DNA of 64,000 nucleotides from an uncultured Candidatus Babeliaceae bacterium (GCA_963704655.1 OY969927.1:480001-544000); one strand, 5' to 3'; shown: positions 8,672-17,918, numbered from the stretch's first letter. Notes: generated from the sequence alone by a model not told the origin. Program-made: numbers and translations.

Positions 8672-8831
8672 CCCTTCGACAAGCTCAGGATGAGCGAGCA
8701 TTTAGTGCTGATATTTCGACAAGCTCAATACTAAAGGCAAATCGAAGCATCAGGATGAGCGGCGGCGGGCAGGCCCCTGGTACTGAGCAAAATAGTGCGT
8801 TTACGCACCAGTCGAAGTATCAGGATGACAC
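8664..8831. repeat. Right arm of GIY-YIG cassette 2 with nested hairpins
   Basis: Its reverse complement matches both 8172-8292 and the cassette 1 left arm. Confidence 0.92.
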
Positions 8832-8882
8832 CCTTTGCAGAAAAGTTTTTTTCTTAAATATATTTCATCGAACTTATGTTAC

Positions 8883-11405
8883 TTATAACTCTTTTAATTT
8901 ACATAAAATTTCATATGCCTGCCGCGGCGAGACCGTATCCAAATCAAGTTCATCAAGCAACTGTAACTTTTTATTATACATAACACTTTGATCACTTTGT
9001 GCAGCTATAAATGGCTTTTGCACAAAATGTGCTGGCGCATGTGCATATTGTGCAAGCAATACCCGCGCGCGCTCTATAACCGTTTTTGGCAAATGCGCTG
9101 CACGCGCAACTTGAATACCAAAACTTCCTTGTGCAACACCCGGCATAATTTTATGTAACAAAATAACCGTATCACCAACAGCTTTACTTGCTGCATGGTA
9201 ACAAATAATACCCGGCATAGTTGCTGATAATGTTGTTAGCTCATGGTAATGCGTGGCAAACAAACAAAATGGTTTAATCTCTTGATGCAGATATTCAACA
9301 ATTGCTTGTGCAAGAGCAAGCCCATCATAGGTGCTTGTTCCACGACCAACTTCATCTAATATAACCAAACTATTTTCTGTCGCATCACGGCAAATAAGCG
9401 CCGTCTCTTCCATCTCAACTAAAAAGGTACTTTTACCTTCAGCAAGATGGTCACCTGCACCGATTCGCGTAAAAATGCGATCAAGCAACGGCAATGTTGC
9501 ACATGCTGCAGGAACAAATGAACCCACTTGTGCCAAAATTTGTATAAGAGCCACTTGGCGCAAATAGGTAGATTTACCGCCCATATTAGGACCCGTAATA
9601 ATCCATGTCTTTTCACCAATACCCAACTGCGTATTATTGGGGACAAAAGAAATGGCCTGCGCCGAGCAGCGCATGCGCTTTTCAACAACCGGGTGCCTGC
9701 CATCAACAATTACCATCTGGTGCTTACCAGTAAATTCTGGGCGCACCCACTGATTATTCAACGCAACGTGCGCTAAACACGAAAATACATCAAGCTCTGC
9801 AAGCTCTTGTGCTAATATTCGCAATAAAGACAGGTACTGTTCAACATCACGAACTAACGCAGCAAAGAGTTGATTTTCAAGCTCTGTGCTACTACTTTCT
9901 GCACGATTAATATCATATTCAAGGTCTTTGAGTTCTTGCGTCGTAAAACGATCTCTATTGGTTAAGCTCTGTATTTTAATATAAGAAGGAGGCAATGCCT
10001 GGCTTTGTGCTTTTGAAACTTCAATGGCATAACCCGCTGCTTGAGAGTACCGAATTTTAAGCGTATTAATACCACTTTTTTGTTGTTCTTGACGTTCGAG
10101 TTCAAAGATTGCTTGCATCCCTTGTGTTGAAAGCAAGCGTAAACGATCAAGTTCAGAATGATACCCAGATGCAATTTTCCATTCGTGGTGCTGGTCAGTA
10201 TTAATTGCACGGGTTAAGAGTGTATATAAACTGGTAAGTAATTGCATATCACATGAAATAAATTTCTGTAATGCAGGAATATCGACAATACTTTCCATTA
10301 AAAAACGGTAATCGATAAACGTTGCACGGCGCAATGCCATGCGCCCAAGTATTCGTTCAAGGTCACCAATTTTTTTTAAATGGGTACGTACTAAATTTCT
10401 ATCAAAAGAATTTTTTACAAAAAATTCAACTCGATCTATCCGTTTTTCAATCGATGCTCTATCGACTAATGGTCGAATGAGCCACTTTTTCAAAAGACGT
10501 GAACCCATGCCCGTAATAGCTTCATCAAGTACTTCAAAAAGCGTATGCTTGCAAGATCCGTCATGCGCGTTACTTATGAGTTCTAAATTTTTTTGAGTTG
10601 CGGCATCAAGCTGTAAAAAATCCTGTGCTTGGTAAATCAGCAAACTTTTTTGCGCTTCAAATGAATGGGGCGCATTTTTTTTTATATACCCACCAAGAAG
10701 TTGTAATACGTTTTTTGCAATAGGCGTAACAGAATTTTCTTCACCCGAAAAACGGCCCATAGTCTGCAACCATTGTTGAAGATCGTTGTACACAAGTTGC
10801 TCATTAGTGAGTGTTGTAATAAATGCCCGCTGCCTACAAAACTGCTCTAACTGTTTACCACTTGGACTTGGCTCTAAAAGAATTTCTTGGGGAATAAATG
10901 CTGCAAGTTCTGCGTCGATTTTTTTTTCATCATACTCAAACTGGGTAAGGTAAAGTGCGCCTGCTAACATCTCGTAAAAGACCATTGCGACCGTGCCATC
11001 AACAACCACTAATGCGGCTATATAATGTGACGATTTACTATCAAGCAGTTTACTATCAACCAGTGTTCCGGGCGTAAAAACCTGCGTAACACCCCGCTCA
11101 ACTATTTTGCCCGGTTGTGGTGCTTCAAGCTGATCACAGATAACCACGCGAAAACCACCCTTTACCAGTTTTACTAAATAATGCTCAACCGTATGGCGCG
11201 GCACGCCGCATAGCGGAATCGGCTCATCGCCCATGGTTCCCCGTTGCGTAAGAACAATTCCCAAAAAAGCAGCAGCTTTACGTGCATCATCAAAGAAAAG
11301 TTCATAAAAATCCCCCACCTGAAAGAGAAGAAGGGCATCAGGAAACTGATTTTTAATATCAAAATACTGCCGCATCAGCGGAGTTAATACAACGTCTTGG
11401 GCCAT
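8883..11405 (-). CDS. mutS: DNA mismatch repair protein MutS
   Basis: TPLMRQY, GDFYELF, ITGPNMGGKST, STFLVEM, DEVGRGTST, FATHYHEL. Confidence 0.98.
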   Translation of the reverse strand: MAQDVVLTPLMRQYFDIKNQFPDALLLFQVGDFYELFFDDARKAAAFLGIVLTQRGTMGDEPIPLCGVPRHTVEHYLVKLVKGGFRVVICDQLEAPQPGKIVERGVTQVFTPGTLVDSKLLDSKSSHYIAALVVVDGTVAMVFYEMLAGALYLTQFEYDEKKIDAELAAFIPQEILLEPSPSGKQLEQFCRQRAFITTLTNEQLVYNDLQQWLQTMGRFSGEENSVTPIAKNVLQLLGGYIKKNAPHSFEAQKSLLIYQAQDFLQLDAATQKNLELISNAHDGSCKHTLFEVLDEAITGMGSRLLKKWLIRPLVDRASIEKRIDRVEFFVKNSFDRNLVRTHLKKIGDLERILGRMALRRATFIDYRFLMESIVDIPALQKFISCDMQLLTSLYTLLTRAINTDQHHEWKIASGYHSELDRLRLLSTQGMQAIFELERQEQQKSGINTLKIRYSQAAGYAIEVSKAQSQALPPSYIKIQSLTNRDRFTTQELKDLEYDINRAESSSTELENQLFAALVRDVEQYLSLLRILAQELAELDVFSCLAHVALNNQWVRPEFTGKHQMVIVDGRHPVVEKRMRCSAQAISFVPNNTQLGIGEKTWIITGPNMGGKSTYLRQVALIQILAQVGSFVPAACATLPLLDRIFTRIGAGDHLAEGKSTFLVEMEETALICRDATENSLVILDEVGRGTSTYDGLALAQAIVEYLHQEIKPFCLFATHYHELTTLSATMPGIICYHAASKAVGDTVILLHKIMPGVAQGSFGIQVARAAHLPKTVIERARVLLAQYAHAPAHFVQKPFIAAQSDQSVMYNKKLQLLDELDLDTVSPRQAYEILCKLKEL

Positions 11406-11418
11406 AATCTTTTCTTGC

Positions 11419-11487
11419 GTGTCACCTGGATTTAGTTCAGGGTCTTTTTGTTATTGTAAGAGATGCTGAACCACGTTCAGCATGACA
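11419..11487. repeat. Inverted pair of TGTCA-tagged REP-like hairpins
   Basis: gtgtcacctggatttagttcagggtc ... agatgctgaaccacgttcagcatgaca. Confidence 0.75.
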
Positions 11488-11507
11488 TACGACAGTATAC
11501 CGTAAAA

Positions 11508-12344
11508 CTAGATTATTGAATACGCAGGTAACGTGCGTAATTCGCGCACGTAATTCTTAAACGCTTCAAGCATTTGCTCATCAAAAATCTTATTATGCGC
11601 TTCAGAAACCATAGATTCTGTGGTATCTGCTAATGCATCATAAATTTTTTGCAATGCGTGTTTTTGATAGATATAACGCGTTTCATACTCTTTTATAAAA
11701 ACAATATGGCTCAAAACCACCCGGGCAGAATCTTTTATAAGGTCTACATCATGGTTCTTATAGGCAAACTCGAGAGATTCAATCTGCATAATACATTCAA
11801 AAAACTCTTGAGTTATCTCAACTTTTTTGTTTTGAGCTTCTTCAGGTACACCTTGATACTGTTCTGCTAAAAACCATGACCGAGTAACGGGAACAGTGAC
11901 CTTTGACGAGAAATAACTTTGAATATTCTTATAAACTGGCTGTAACGCTTGAAAGACCATAGATTGCAAAACCAGTGACCCGGTAAACTTCACAAACCCA
12001 CCAAACGTTGAGTTCGTCCACGTATTTTCATGTGTGGCATACTGTTCAATCGCTTTTTTTATCATCCCAGGTGATTGCTTAAATTCCTGTACAAGCTCTT
12101 CAGACAAGTTAAAGGTAACCGCATGGTTATTTTGTGTATATAAACAGTAGCCGCAATATACAAGATATCCGCACAATGCCGCTGCACCAACTTTTGCAGC
12201 AGTTTCATACATCTGCTGTTTTTTAACCTGCGCTTCTTTCATGCTCTGTGCTTGCGCAGAGATTGCTGCATGATCAACAGCATCATGAGTTTGCAAACAG
12301 CCAAGTGATAAAAGTACTAAACCCAAGAATATTTTATAATTCAT
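11508..12344 (-). CDS. Secreted/membrane hypothetical protein
   Basis: Signal peptide, GGAG RBS, 278-aa ORF. Confidence 0.7.
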   Translation of the reverse strand: MNYKIFLGLVLLSLGCLQTHDAVDHAAISAQAQSMKEAQVKKQQMYETAAKVGAAALCGYLVYCGYCLYTQNNHAVTFNLSEELVQEFKQSPGMIKKAIEQYATHENTWTNSTFGGFVKFTGSLVLQSMVFQALQPVYKNIQSYFSSKVTVPVTRSWFLAEQYQGVPEEAQNKKVEITQEFFECIMQIESLEFAYKNHDVDLIKDSARVVLSHIVFIKEYETRYIYQKHALQKIYDALADTTESMVSEAHNKIFDEQMLEAFKNYVRELRTLPAYSII

Positions 12345-12360
12345 ATTTGCTCCAAAAAAA

Positions 12361-12416
12361 GTGTCATCTCGGACAGGATCCGGGATCTTATGCGTTAATA
12401 AAGAGACCCTGAGACA
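12361..12416. repeat. Degenerate TGTCA-tagged REP-like hairpin pair
   Basis: gtgtcatctcggacaggatccgggatct ... agagaccctgagacac. Confidence 0.5.
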
Positions 12417-12434
12417 CGCTCGTTCATAATTTTT

Positions 12435-15002
12435 TTAATTCAGTAAAGGCTTAACAAGCAGTGGCTTAAGATACGCGCCCGTATAACTCTCTTTACATGC
12501 AGCAACTTCAGCCGGGGTTCCATACGCAACAATGGTTCCACCCTTGTCACCACCCTCTGGGCCAAGATCAATAATATAATCTGAAACTTTTAAAACATCT
12601 AAATTATGTTCAATAACAATAAGTGAGTTACCTTTTTCTAATAAACGCTCAAATACGCCAAGTAGACGCTTAATATCATGCGCATGCAACCCCGTTGTCG
12701 GCTCATCAAGAATATATAATGTCTTTGAACCGCGCTTTGCTAGCTCATCAACAAGTTTAATGCGCTGCGCTTCACCACCAGATAATGTCGTTGAAGATTG
12801 CCCAAGCGCAAGATAATCTAACCCAACATCACACATAAGTTTAATACGTTTTGCAATACTGGTATGCGCAGCAAAAAAATCAAGCGCTTCTATGGCCGTC
12901 ATATCCAAAATATCGGCAATCGATTTGCCCTTATACAGTATCTCAAGAACAGATTTAGTATACCGTTTGCCTTTGCAACGGGTACATTCCATCACCACAT
13001 CGGGCAAAAAGTGCATAGAAACGGTTATGGTACCTTCGCCAGAACACTCAGCACAACGGCCAGCGCCCACATTAAAACTAAAGTGACCCATGGTGTACCC
13101 ACGCGCATTACTTTCTGGCATGCTCGCATATAATTTTCTAATATCATCAAATATACCAAGATAGGTTGCCGGATTTGACCGCGATGTGCGCCCTATCGGT
13201 TTTTGATCGATAACAATTAAATTTTCTAATTGATTGACACCCTCTATTTTATCAACTTCAAAAGAAGGGCGCTTATTGCGTGATAACGTTTTTTGTAATG
13301 CGGGAACCAGTTCGTCCATAATTAAACTCGATTTACCTGAACCCGAAACGCCAGAAATTCCGCATAAAACCCCTAAAGGAAATGCAACAGATACATTTTT
13401 TAAATTATGCATAGTGGCATCATGCAATGTGATAAACCCGGTCGGCTTACGTAATGGCACAATACGCTCGATCGTTTCTCTTCCAGAAAGATAGGCACCA
13501 CTCAGTGATTTTTTATTTTTTATGATTTCTGCAGGCGTACCAACTGCAACAACTTCGCCACCAAACTTTCCTGCAGATGGGCCCATATCGATAATATAAT
13601 CTGCCGCCTTCATAGTATCGCTGTCATGTTCAACAACAACAACGGTGTTGCCTTGGTCACGTAATTTAAGCAGCATATGAATAAGTTTGTCATTATCCCG
13701 TTGATGTAAACCGATGCTCGGCTCATCCAAGACATAGACCACGCCACTAAGTGCTGAACCGATTTGCGTTGCTAACCGGATTCGCTGCCCTTCACCGCCA
13801 GAAAGTGTTCGTGCCGTTCTATTAAGCGTTAAATAACTTAAACCAACATCAAATAAAAATTGATAACGCTGCACAATTTCATGTAACAAGCGTTTTGAAA
13901 CGTTAACCTGAAATTCAGAAAGCTTTACGGTATTAAAAAAATGTAATGCATCAACAACAGAAAGTTCACCTACTTGAAAGATATTTTTGCCACCAATAGT
14001 CACGGCTAATGCCAATTGATTTAAACGTTCACCTTTACAGGCTGAACACGTAATCTCCTGGTACACACCCATTTTATCGGCAAACTCCAAACCTGCCATA
14101 GTTGAATTTTTAGCGTTCCAGGGGACAATAATCTCTGCACCCAAACCATGGCATTTTTTACAAGCACCGATAGGTGAATTAAAAGAAAAAAGACGTGGCT
14201 CAAGTTCAGGAATAGAGCTATTACAGGGCACACACATACGTGAAGAAGAGTAAGTAAACGTATTTTCACCAACAATAATCTTTACCTGGCCGGCAGTAAG
14301 TGAAAATGCTTTCTCTAAACTTTCTTGAATACGGTTAGTCTCGTCTAGCGAGACTTCTAGAGTATCAAGAGCAATATCTATCGTATGCTTAAAGGTTTTT
14401 TTAAGATTCAAAAGTTGAATTTCGTCTATAGAACGAAAGTTTACGCGCTCACCATCGATAATAAAGCGATAAAAGCCCTCTTTAAAATATTTTTCTAGTT
14501 CCGCTACAAAGCTGCCCTTTTTTTCATTAACAAGCGGCGCAACAATACTTACGGTTAATCCGGCAAACTCGCGCACAAGTCGTTCGGCAATCTGGTCCGC
14601 AGACGCGGCCTGAATCGGGTTATAACAACTTGGGCAATGAATTTCGCCAATACGCGCAAAAAGAACCCGCAAATAATCATAGAGTTCAGTGATGGTGCCA
14701 ACGGTAGAACGTGGGTTTGCGCCGACTGTTTTTTGCTCGATAGCAATAGCAGGGCAGAGCCCTTCTATAGAATCAACATCGGGTTTTTTTGGCATACCCA
14801 AAAATTGCCGCGCATACGAAGAGAGAGATTCCATATAGCGACGCTGCCCTTCTGCATACAGGACATCCAAAGCCAGAGTGGACTTACCTGAGCCCGAAGG
14901 ACCGGTAACCACGGTTAGTGACTCTTTTGGAATCTCTACGGTAATATTTTTTAAATTATGCTCGCGTGCACCGATGATCTTTATAGAACGAACTGCTTTC
15001 AT
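12435..15002 (-). CDS. uvrA: Excinuclease ABC subunit A (short form)
   Basis: GAREHNLKN, two Walker A motifs (GPSGSGKS, GVSGSGKS), LSGGE signatures, zinc fingers. Confidence 0.97.
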   Translation of the reverse strand: MKAVRSIKIIGAREHNLKNITVEIPKESLTVVTGPSGSGKSTLALDVLYAEGQRRYMESLSSYARQFLGMPKKPDVDSIEGLCPAIAIEQKTVGANPRSTVGTITELYDYLRVLFARIGEIHCPSCYNPIQAASADQIAERLVREFAGLTVSIVAPLVNEKKGSFVAELEKYFKEGFYRFIIDGERVNFRSIDEIQLLNLKKTFKHTIDIALDTLEVSLDETNRIQESLEKAFSLTAGQVKIIVGENTFTYSSSRMCVPCNSSIPELEPRLFSFNSPIGACKKCHGLGAEIIVPWNAKNSTMAGLEFADKMGVYQEITCSACKGERLNQLALAVTIGGKNIFQVGELSVVDALHFFNTVKLSEFQVNVSKRLLHEIVQRYQFLFDVGLSYLTLNRTARTLSGGEGQRIRLATQIGSALSGVVYVLDEPSIGLHQRDNDKLIHMLLKLRDQGNTVVVVEHDSDTMKAADYIIDMGPSAGKFGGEVVAVGTPAEIIKNKKSLSGAYLSGRETIERIVPLRKPTGFITLHDATMHNLKNVSVAFPLGVLCGISGVSGSGKSSLIMDELVPALQKTLSRNKRPSFEVDKIEGVNQLENLIVIDQKPIGRTSRSNPATYLGIFDDIRKLYASMPESNARGYTMGHFSFNVGAGRCAECSGEGTITVSMHFLPDVVMECTRCKGKRYTKSVLEILYKGKSIADILDMTAIEALDFFAAHTSIAKRIKLMCDVGLDYLALGQSSTTLSGGEAQRIKLVDELAKRGSKTLYILDEPTTGLHAHDIKRLLGVFERLLEKGNSLIVIEHNLDVLKVSDYIIDLGPEGGDKGGTIVAYGTPAEVAACKESYTGAYLKPLLVKPLLN

Positions 15003-15154
15003 GTCGGCTCCCTATGATTTAGTATTTGTATATTTTAGCACAAATTCGCCTACTCGTCGACCCACGGGCAGTCCAAAGGCATTAAAAATTGACAGTTTTA
15101 ATTATAAATTTAGAATTAAAAGTATAATCTATAATTAAAAGCTCAAGGTTTACC

Positions 15155-15970
15155 ATGAAAAAAACTCTATTTTTAGCACTATGCTCAGCGATGAGCGTCA
15201 CATTAGTTCGCGCCGAAACCACAACACCTCAAAGCGCACCAAAGTTCTTTATGCCTGCAAAACCGGTACAAACACCTAAAATTCCAACTATCACAGCCGG
15301 CTGGCTTGATATCACTGACACAATTACCGAGTTTGAAAAAATACTTGTGCCTCTTACGCAGCTTGTAGAAGACCCTACTATCGATATAATTATTATCCGC
15401 ATAAATTCAACAGGCGGTTCACCAGCAGATTCTCAAATTATTGCCGATAATATTCAATCTGCAAAAGCGTTCAAGCCAATTATCGCATTTATCTCCAGAA
15501 TCGGAGCATCCGGAGCTTACTGGATTGCATCAGCTTGCAGCTATATTATCTGCCCAGCAGCTGCAGAAGTTGGAAGCATTGGCGCAGCATCTCAATATGT
15601 TTTTGATAAAGATAAACAATATTACTATATAGCATCTGGGATATTTAAGGGCCCAACTATTAACCAGCATTATGAAATTGACCCTCAATTTTTAGAACAA
15701 CAAAAAAAGACGGGAATGGAATTAGCTCAGATTTTTGCTCAGAACATCAGCACATACCGCGGCATTCCGACTGAGACGATTTTATCATGGCAAGCGGCAT
15801 TATTCACTGGTGCAACGGCCTTTAAGCTTGGCCTAGTCGATCAACTTGGCACCATGCAGGACCTTCTTGAAAAAACAGTTCAACTTGCAAGTGAAAAAAA
15901 CAACACCGAATATCAGCAACTCAAGCTTGTTAATACCGAAAATACAGTAATTAAAACATACCAAATTTAA
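15155..15970 (+). CDS. S49 family peptidase (SppA-like)
   Basis: INSTGGS, GASGAYWIASA, VGSIG, GLVDQLG. Confidence 0.88.
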   Translation: MKKTLFLALCSAMSVTLVRAETTTPQSAPKFFMPAKPVQTPKIPTITAGWLDITDTITEFEKILVPLTQLVEDPTIDIIIIRINSTGGSPADSQIIADNIQSAKAFKPIIAFISRIGASGAYWIASACSYIICPAAAEVGSIGAASQYVFDKDKQYYYIASGIFKGPTINQHYEIDPQFLEQQKKTGMELAQIFAQNISTYRGIPTETILSWQAALFTGATAFKLGLVDQLGTMQDLLEKTVQLASEKNNTEYQQLKLVNTENTVIKTYQI

Positions 15971-15976
15971 ATAATT

Positions 15977-16004
15977 AAAAGGGCCCGGATTTCGGGCCCC
16001 TTTT
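15977..16004. terminator. Bidirectional terminator
   Basis: aaaagggcccg/cgggcccctttt hairpin between convergent genes. Confidence 0.75.
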
Positions 16005-16356
16005 AATTAGAATCTTGATTTTTTTTCAACCCAGCTTCTCTCTTTTTCTTTTCTAAATTTCTTTGAAATATAAGAAGTGCACTATTTAAATTAAATTCAT
16101 CAAATTGTTTAATGGTCATATAACCCCGTTCTCTTGGGGTATACTTTGAGGCGAAAGCATCAACAAATGCTTCTATAAGTTGATTTCCATACGAAGGGCG
16201 TCTTCTTAAAATATAATTTATTGTTTCCGTTCTAAAAGTCGAATTATTTGCATGCGTAGATACATGAGCATTTTGAATATCAACTTGCTTAGGACAGAAC
16301 AAATCTGTTGATACACATGCAGCTGTCACTAAAAAAAATAGTTTTTTGTAATTCAT
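16003..16356 (-). CDS. Small secreted hypothetical protein
   Basis: MNYKKLFFLVTAAC signal peptide shared with its neighbour. Confidence 0.7.
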   Translation of the reverse strand: MNYKKLFFLVTAACVSTDLFCPKQVDIQNAHVSTHANNSTFRTETINYILRRRPSYGNQLIEAFVDAFASKYTPRERGYMTIKQFDEFNLNSALLIFQRNLEKKKREAGLKKNQDSN

Positions 16357-16418
16357 ACAATACCTTTTACCGTAATAGTTAAAATTTTTGAATCATATTA
16401 TAAAGGGCTCGGAATTAT

Positions 16419-16706
16419 TTAAAGATTATCAATTATAGAGGATCCAAGACAATTCCGACATTCACCCATTAAATCGGCCTTTTGCATTTTACAAAAACTA
16501 ACATATCTTTCTTTTTGCCCGCGTGCAAAGCTATCAACCACAATAGCAGCCTGATCAATATTAAGAGGTATATTTCTTGCCAACCATCTAATAGCTTTAG
16601 CTCTATTAACACTATCAACTGTAGGTGCAGCCGTATCTTCGACGCACAACACATGGGTTGTTATACACGCAGCTGCCACCAAAAAAAATAGTTTTTTGTA
16701 ATTCAT
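16419..16706 (-). CDS. Small secreted hypothetical protein
   Basis: MNYKKLFFLVAAAC signal peptide; the upstream region is duplicated with 16003..16356. Confidence 0.68.
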   Translation of the reverse strand: MNYKKLFFLVAAACITTHVLCVEDTAAPTVDSVNRAKAIRWLARNIPLNIDQAAIVVDSFARGQKERYVSFCKMQKADLMGECRNCLGSSIIDNL

Positions 16707-16872
16707 ACAATAACCTTTTACCGTAATAGTTAAAAAATTTGAATCATAGTATTAATAAAATTAAGTATACATAACGCAATAAAATAGTACATTTAAAGCT
16801 CCTATTGCTCTTATGCAATTTTACTACTATAGTAAAATTTACAGAAAATAGTATGTAAAAAAAAGGGCTACG

Positions 16873-17643
16873 ATGAAAAACTATCTAATTATTTTGATAT
16901 GCTTACTATACAGCGTGTATGTAACCGCTGATGTGCAACTACTCAGAAGCGACTACCAAAGACCTGAAGCAATTAATATCGGTTATCTTTCACTTACCGA
17001 TACCATTACCGATTTTAATGAGACGGTTAAAAAGCTTAAAACTCTTGCCGAAGACCCAACAATTGATATCATCGTTTTAAATATCAACTCCCCAGGGGGG
17101 TCGCCAGGAAGCAGCCAAATTATTTCCGATTTTATTACCTGGGTAAAACAGATAAAACCGGTCATAGCCTTTATCTCTGATTACGGCACTTCAGGCGCTT
17201 ATTGGATCGCCGCAGCATGCACCCATATAATAGCGCCAGAATCGGCCTTTATAGGAAGCATTGGCGTAGTGCATGAACTTCCAAAAAAGAACAAAAGCAT
17301 CTCATTTACTGCCGGCAAATACAAACGTGCGCATTACCTTGCAGATGGCATAATAGACCCTGATGACGTAGAAAAAATTCAAGAACGGCTTGACCTTATG
17401 TATGATATCTTTTGTGCCGCAATTTCTAAGTTACGCTCTATACCCATAGAAACCATTAAAGGACTCGAAGCGCAGGTGTTTCTTGGGGCACAAGCTCTAG
17501 AGCTTGGTTTAATAGACCAAAACGGCACAATACGCGATGTCTTTGATGCGGCGGTCAATCTGACTCGGGAGAAAAAAACTACCCCTGCTACAATGATCCG
17601 AGTAATTGCATCACCAACGGATATATTCGAATTTGCTTTATAG
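16873..17643 (+). CDS. S49 family peptidase (SppA-like), paralog of 15155..15970
   Basis: INSPGGS, GTSGAYWIAAA, IGSIGV, GKYK. Confidence 0.9.
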   Translation: MKNYLIILICLLYSVYVTADVQLLRSDYQRPEAINIGYLSLTDTITDFNETVKKLKTLAEDPTIDIIVLNINSPGGSPGSSQIISDFITWVKQIKPVIAFISDYGTSGAYWIAAACTHIIAPESAFIGSIGVVHELPKKNKSISFTAGKYKRAHYLADGIIDPDDVEKIQERLDLMYDIFCAAISKLRSIPIETIKGLEAQVFLGAQALELGLIDQNGTIRDVFDAAVNLTREKKTTPATMIRVIASPTDIFEFAL

Positions 17644-17692
17644 TATTGCTTTTTATTGCATTATCTTTATACTTTTAAGATGAAATAAGCAT

Positions 17693-17748
17693 AAAAAGTT
17701 TATGGTGAATGTAGCTTCCACCTACGCGTAAAGCTTTGGTGGACAGGC
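17693..17748 (+). repeat. 24-bp duplicate of the tRNA-His 5' flank and 5' end, followed by a REP-like hairpin
   Basis: 17693-17716 equals 17776-17799; then tccacc-tacgcgtaaagcttt-ggtgga-caggc. Confidence 0.8.
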
Positions 17749-17786
17749 AGCAGGCAACTTCGCCTATTATTTGAAAAAAAGTTTAT

Positions 17787-17863
17787 GGTGAATGTAGCTC
17801 AGTTGGCAGAGCATCGGGTTGTGGTTCCGAGGGTCGTGGGTTCGAGACCCACCATTCACCCCA
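17787..17863 (+). tRNA. tRNA-His(GUG)
   Basis: Cloverleaf with G-1:C73, anticodon GTG, TTCGAGA T-loop, encoded CCA. Confidence 0.97.
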
Positions 17864-17918
17864 TCTTGCGCTTATCCTTTAGTCCTGAGCAAGGTCGAAG
17901 GGTTCAGATGGCAGGCCA
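17861..17918 (+). repeat. 58-bp post-tRNA repeat, copy 1
   Basis: 53/58 identical to 18064-18121; contains ctttagtcctgagcaaggtcgaaggg. Confidence 0.9.

Noticed and set aside
8755-8991. 78-aa ORF
   Set aside because: It starts inside the repeat arm and runs antisense into mutS.
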